Positions 36,968-39,326 of a stretch of 39,326 nucleotides of DNA are shown here, piece by piece. The notes beneath the pieces were generated by a model, which had not been told where the DNA came from, made no database searches, and saw only the letters and a list, made by a program, of their open reading frames with translations. The DNA is from Clostridia bacterium (GTDB taxonomy: Bacteria > Bacillota > Clostridia > TANB77 > CAG-465). Each line of letters opens with the position of its first letter. Within the stretch, counting starts at the first letter, position 1. Location: the NCBI GenBank assembly GCA_036645795.1, contig JAVXNL010000002.1, positions 1-39,326 on the forward strand, in the 5' to 3' direction. A program made the position numbers and the translations under genes.

Positions 36968-37783
36968 TTACCCCTTTATTGCTGCCCTATCTTCTAATCT
37001 TAATTTATCTGCAATCATTGCAATGAACTCAGAATTAGTAGGTTTACCCTTGTTTGAATTTACAGTATAACCAAAGATTTTATCATGCATCTCGATTTGA
37101 CCTCTATTCCATGCGACCTCTATAGCATGTCTTATAGCTCTTTCAACTCTAGATGGAGTTGTTGTAAATTGCATAGCAAGTGTTGGATATAGAGTTTTTG
37201 TTATTGAATTTATAATATCTACATTATCCACAGCTAAAAGTATCGCCTCTCTTATATATTGATAACCTTTAATATGTGCTGGAACACCAATATCATGAAT
37301 AATATTAGTTACCCTTACTTCCATTGGCGTAGAAGAGTTTGAACTACTATTTATAGTCGTTTTCGTGTAGTATGTAGCCGAATTTGAATAATCTGTAGTT
37401 TTATCTTCTTCTAGCAAATCTCTTAGCCTATCGACTAAAGTGGCCATATCAAATGGTTTTACAACATAGTAAGTTGCACCTAAAGCTATTGCTTTTTGAG
37501 TTATTTTTTCTTGTCCAATAGCAGACATGACAATAGTTGTTGGTTTAGCAATTTGTGTATCCTTAACCATGTCCTCTAAAACACCTAAACCATCTTTTTC
37601 AGGCATTATAATATCTAATAATAAAATATCAGGACTAGTTTTTTCAATTAGTTCCATAACACTCATACCATCAAAAGCTGTAGCTACAACTTCCATATCA
37701 CTTTGTGAATCAATGTACATAGTCAACAACTTAACAAATTCTTTATTATCATCAACTATCATTACTTTAGTTTTACTGATCAT
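36968..37783 (-). CDS. spo0A: Sporulation master regulator Spo0A
   Basis: Receiver domain ([21 protein letters not shown]). C-terminal Spo0A DNA-binding domain with [16 protein letters not shown] and [17 protein letters not shown]. Confidence 0.95.
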   Translation of the reverse strand: MISKTKVMIVDDNKEFVKLLTMYIDSQSDMEVVATAFDGMSVMELIEKTSPDILLLDIIMPEKDGLGVLEDMVKDTQIAKPTTIVMSAIGQEKITQKAIALGATYYVVKPFDMATLVDRLRDLLEEDKTTDYSNSATYYTKTTINSSSNSSTPMEVRVTNIIHDIGVPAHIKGYQYIREAILLAVDNVDIINSITKTLYPTLAMQFTTTPSRVERAIRHAIEVAWNRGQIEMHDKIFGYTVNSNKGKPTNSEFIAMIADKLRLEDRAAIKG

Positions 37784-37822
37784 TAAATTAACCTCCTACC
37801 GTTTACTTAATAGCGTATAACC

Positions 37823-37851
37823 ATTATATATAACTTTCTTAAAAAAATCAA
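37823..37851 (-). promoter_or_regulatory. Sigma-A-like promoter TTGATT-17-TATAAT upstream of spo0A
   Basis: Hexamers read on the minus strand, ~40 nt upstream of the ATG. Confidence 0.45.
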
Positions 37852-37881
37852 GCCTTTTTGTTGAGTTTAAACCACGACTTT

Positions 37882-37888
37882 TGTCGAA
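37882..37888 (+). promoter_or_regulatory. Candidate Spo0A box (TGTCGAA, within TTTGTCGAAA)
   Basis: Exact match to the 0A-box core, ~30 nt upstream of the putative spo0A -35. Lies in the spo0A/SASP divergent region. Confidence 0.45.
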
Positions 37889-38046
37889 ATAGCTTACAAC
37901 TCTAATATTTTTCTCTATTTTTAACAAAATTTACTTTTCCCTTATTTTACCAGTATTAAATTTTGTAATTAACACAAATTATTACTGTAGAACAAAAAAT
38001 AAAAAAATGTTTTACTACTTAAAAAATGATGGAGGTGAATTATATT

Positions 38047-38259
38047 ATGACATCAAACAACAAAATGAGCAACAAGCAAGCAAAAGCTGCTTTAAACAAA
38101 TTCAAATATGAAGTAGCAAATGAACTAGGTGTTAACCTAAAACAAGGTTACAATGGTGACTTAACTTCTAAAGAAGCTGGTTCTATAGGTGGTGAAATGA
38201 CTAAAAAATTAGTAGCACAAGCTGCTAGTCAAATGCAGTCTCAACAACCTAACCAATAG
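38047..38259 (+). CDS. Small acid-soluble spore protein, alpha/beta type
   Basis: KFKYEVANELGV and GSIGGEMTKKLV are the two conserved SASP blocks. Start at ATG 38047, behind GGAGGTG. Confidence 0.92.
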   Translation: MTSNNKMSNKQAKAALNKFKYEVANELGVNLKQGYNGDLTSKEAGSIGGEMTKKLVAQAASQMQSQQPNQ

Positions 38260-38280
38260 TTTTAACTAAACAACAACGGC

Positions 38281-38316
38281 AAAGAAGTTCAAGATTTTAT
38301 TCTCTTGAACTTCTTT
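38281..38316 (+). terminator. Terminator of the SASP gene
   Basis: AAAGAAGTTCAAGA / TCTTGAACTTCTTT 14-bp stem followed by ACTTTATAT. Confidence 0.65.
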
Positions 38317-38340
38317 ACTTTATATATATATACAAAAGAA

Positions 38341-38368
38341 AGACCTCAACAAAATAATGTTGAGGTCT
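38341..38368 (-). terminator. Minus-strand terminator hairpin
   Basis: AGACCTCAAC / GTTGAGGTCT 10-bp stem followed on the minus strand by TTCTTTTGT. Confidence 0.55.
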
Positions 38369-38678
38369 GTTTCATACATCTTAATATACATACTCATAAT
38401 ATCATACCTTAAAAAGATAGATATATAAAAGAGCAAATATATAAAGTTCATCTAAAGGTTTCCGTTCACCTTTAAAACTGATGTATGACTAATAATATAA
38501 ACAATAAAAATAGGAGAATAGAAGAAACAGTGCGCATCTGTTTCATTCTTGCGCGCATCCCCAGTTGTTTTATTATCAGTCAAGCGTAAGTATGAAACCT
38601 CTTTTAAACTCTCCAGAAACATTTATTATTAGGATAGCTTATCCTAATAAATATCTCTGAATTGGGTGAATCTTTTCT

Positions 38679-38712
38679 CAAGTAACTTAATTTACAAAAA
38701 TTAAGTTACTTG
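38679..38712. other. Perfect 15-bp hairpin with a 4-nt loop just downstream of the repeat-protein stop
   Basis: CAAGTAACTTAATTT-acaa-AAATTAAGTTACTTG. No U-tract follows on either strand. Confidence 0.5.
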
Positions 38713-38732
38713 GCAACTGATTAACTAATTTC

Positions 38733-39326
38733 TTAGCTAATCACTTCTAATTCGTCGTCTGAAACTAGTTCTGTACTAGCTTCAGACGGCTGAGTTTCAG
38801 CTTCTTGTACAGTTTGCTGCGCTGTACTTGAAGAATCATCAGTGATTTCTGATGATTCTTCAGAAGCTATATCAGAATCTTCAGACGTATCTGAAGATTC
38901 AATAATTTCTTCTACCACTTCTTCAGAAGAAGTGGTAACTTCTTCAGAACCTTCAGACGTATCTGAAGGTTCTATAACTTCTTCTACCACTTCTTCAAAA
39001 GAAGTGGTAACTTCTTCAGAACCTTCAGACATATCTGAAGGTTCAACAACTTCTACTACTTCTTCTTCAAAAGTAGTAGTAGTTACTACTGGGACCAATT
39101 CATCTTCCGATGTTGGCCCCTCAGCCTCTGGAGGCTGAACCGGACTTGGTTCCGGTGCTGGTTCCGGTGTCGGTTCCGGCGTTGGTGCTGGTTCCGGTTC
39201 CGGTGTTGGTTCCGGTTCCGGTGCTGGTTCCGGTTCCGGTGCTGGTTCCGGTGTCGGTTCCGGTGTTGGTGCTGGTTCCGGTTTTGATTCAGGGTTTTCA
39301 ATAACCTGAATCTTCACCGTATTGGA
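38733..39326 (-). CDS. Repeat-rich proline/acidic protein, C-terminal part (the frame stays open to the window edge)
   Basis: (PEPxPx)n tract, then three 24-aa acidic S/E/V/T repeats, then an acidic tail ...DDELEVIS. No LPXTG. The frame is open through 39326, so the N-terminus lies outside the window. Confidence 0.6.
   Translation of the reverse strand, partial: SNTVKIQVIENPESKPEPAPTPEPTPEPAPEPEPAPEPEPTPEPEPAPTPEPTPEPAPEPSPVQPPEAEGPTSEDELVPVVTTTTFEEEVVEVVEPSDMSEGSEEVTTSFEEVVEEVIEPSDTSEGSEEVTTSSEEVVEEIIESSDTSEDSDIASEESSEITDDSSSTAQQTVQEAETQPSEASTELVSDDELEVIS
38879..39094. repeat. 72-nt tandem repeat, about 3 units (coding)
   Basis: Units start at 38879, 38951 and 39023. Units 1 and 2 differ at about 5 of 72 positions. 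Each contains the internal palindromes CTTCAGAcgtaTCTGAAG and ACCACTTCTTCaGAAGAAGTGGT. Confidence 0.85.
39130..39293. repeat. GC-rich short-period repeat (GGTTCCGGTKYY units) encoding the Pro-Glu-Pro tract
   Basis: Repeated ggttccggtgctggttccggttccggtg... read directly. Its GC content is far above the rest of the window. Confidence 0.85.

Noticed and set aside
37950-38046. Forespore sigma-G/sigma-F promoter upstream of the SASP gene
   Set aside because: One is expected biologically, but I could not find a convincing GHATR-17/18-CATxxTA match by eye, so no coordinates are reported.
38485-38589. 34-codon plus-strand ORF (MTNNINNKNRRIEETVRICFILARIPSCFIISQA) resembling a type I toxin peptide
   Set aside because: There is no RBS upstream of the ATG and no evident promoter. 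It overlaps the hairpin-rich patch that is better explained as RNA structure.
38879-39293. CRISPR-like repeat array
   Set aside because: The repeats are contiguous, with no unique spacers between them. They are in frame inside one ORF, and no cas genes are present.
38842-39304. Plus-strand ORFs 38842..39138 and 39110..39304, and the minus alternative frame 39086..39301
   Set aside because: They are by-products of palindromic, short-period coding repeats. The minus-strand frame that runs to the window edge is the longest. It gives a biologically familiar PEP-linker plus acidic repeat protein.
1-39326. tRNA, rRNA, tmRNA, RNase P, SRP RNA, transposase, integrase or classical defence genes
   Set aside because: I looked for T-loop GGTTCGAATCC-type signatures in all spacers longer than 100 nt, and for the characteristic protein motifs in all ORFs. 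None was found.

Overview
Strongly AT-rich chromosomal window from a spore-forming low-GC Firmicute (Clostridia-like). It uses the standard bacterial code, with TGA as a stop. Nearly all convincing genes are on the minus strand. Housekeeping content: ireB-ruvX-DUF1292 (2.2-3.4 kb); a split tauE pair and hflX; an S10-spc ribosomal superoperon from rpsJ to rplO-secY (11.2-21.6 kb, 20 r-protein genes plus secY); ftsH-tilS; dnaB-rplI-gdpP; a guanine-deaminase/thioredoxin/ccdA operon; spo0A; and an alpha/beta-type SASP gene. Less ordinary segments lie between these. (i) A self-contained 3-gene operon at 3.46-6.64 kb: a small 3-TM protein, a pseudo-receiver/MinD-ParA-like ATPase with a lysine-less P-loop, and a membrane GAF/degenerate-GGDEF protein. 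This is my best candidate for an undescribed module. (ii) Two duplicated membrane-protein genes with duplicated promoters at 9.5-11.1 kb. (iii) An accessory island at 22.2-27.9 kb holding an FGE/SUMF1-like protein, a P-loop nucleotide-kinase-like protein, a NodB deacetylase, a tandem array of two intact plus one truncated paralog of an unknown ~195-aa protein, and an internally duplicated ThyX whose signature motif is split between the two repeats. (iv) A decayed Cna-B-type adhesin pseudogene at 1.57-2.14 kb. (v) A repeat-rich proline/acidic protein running off the right edge. I recognised no rRNA, tRNA, CRISPR array, transposase, integrase or classical defence gene. All calls come from reading the translations and DNA by eye. 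Family names are recognitions, not database hits, and should be confirmed by HMM or structure searches.
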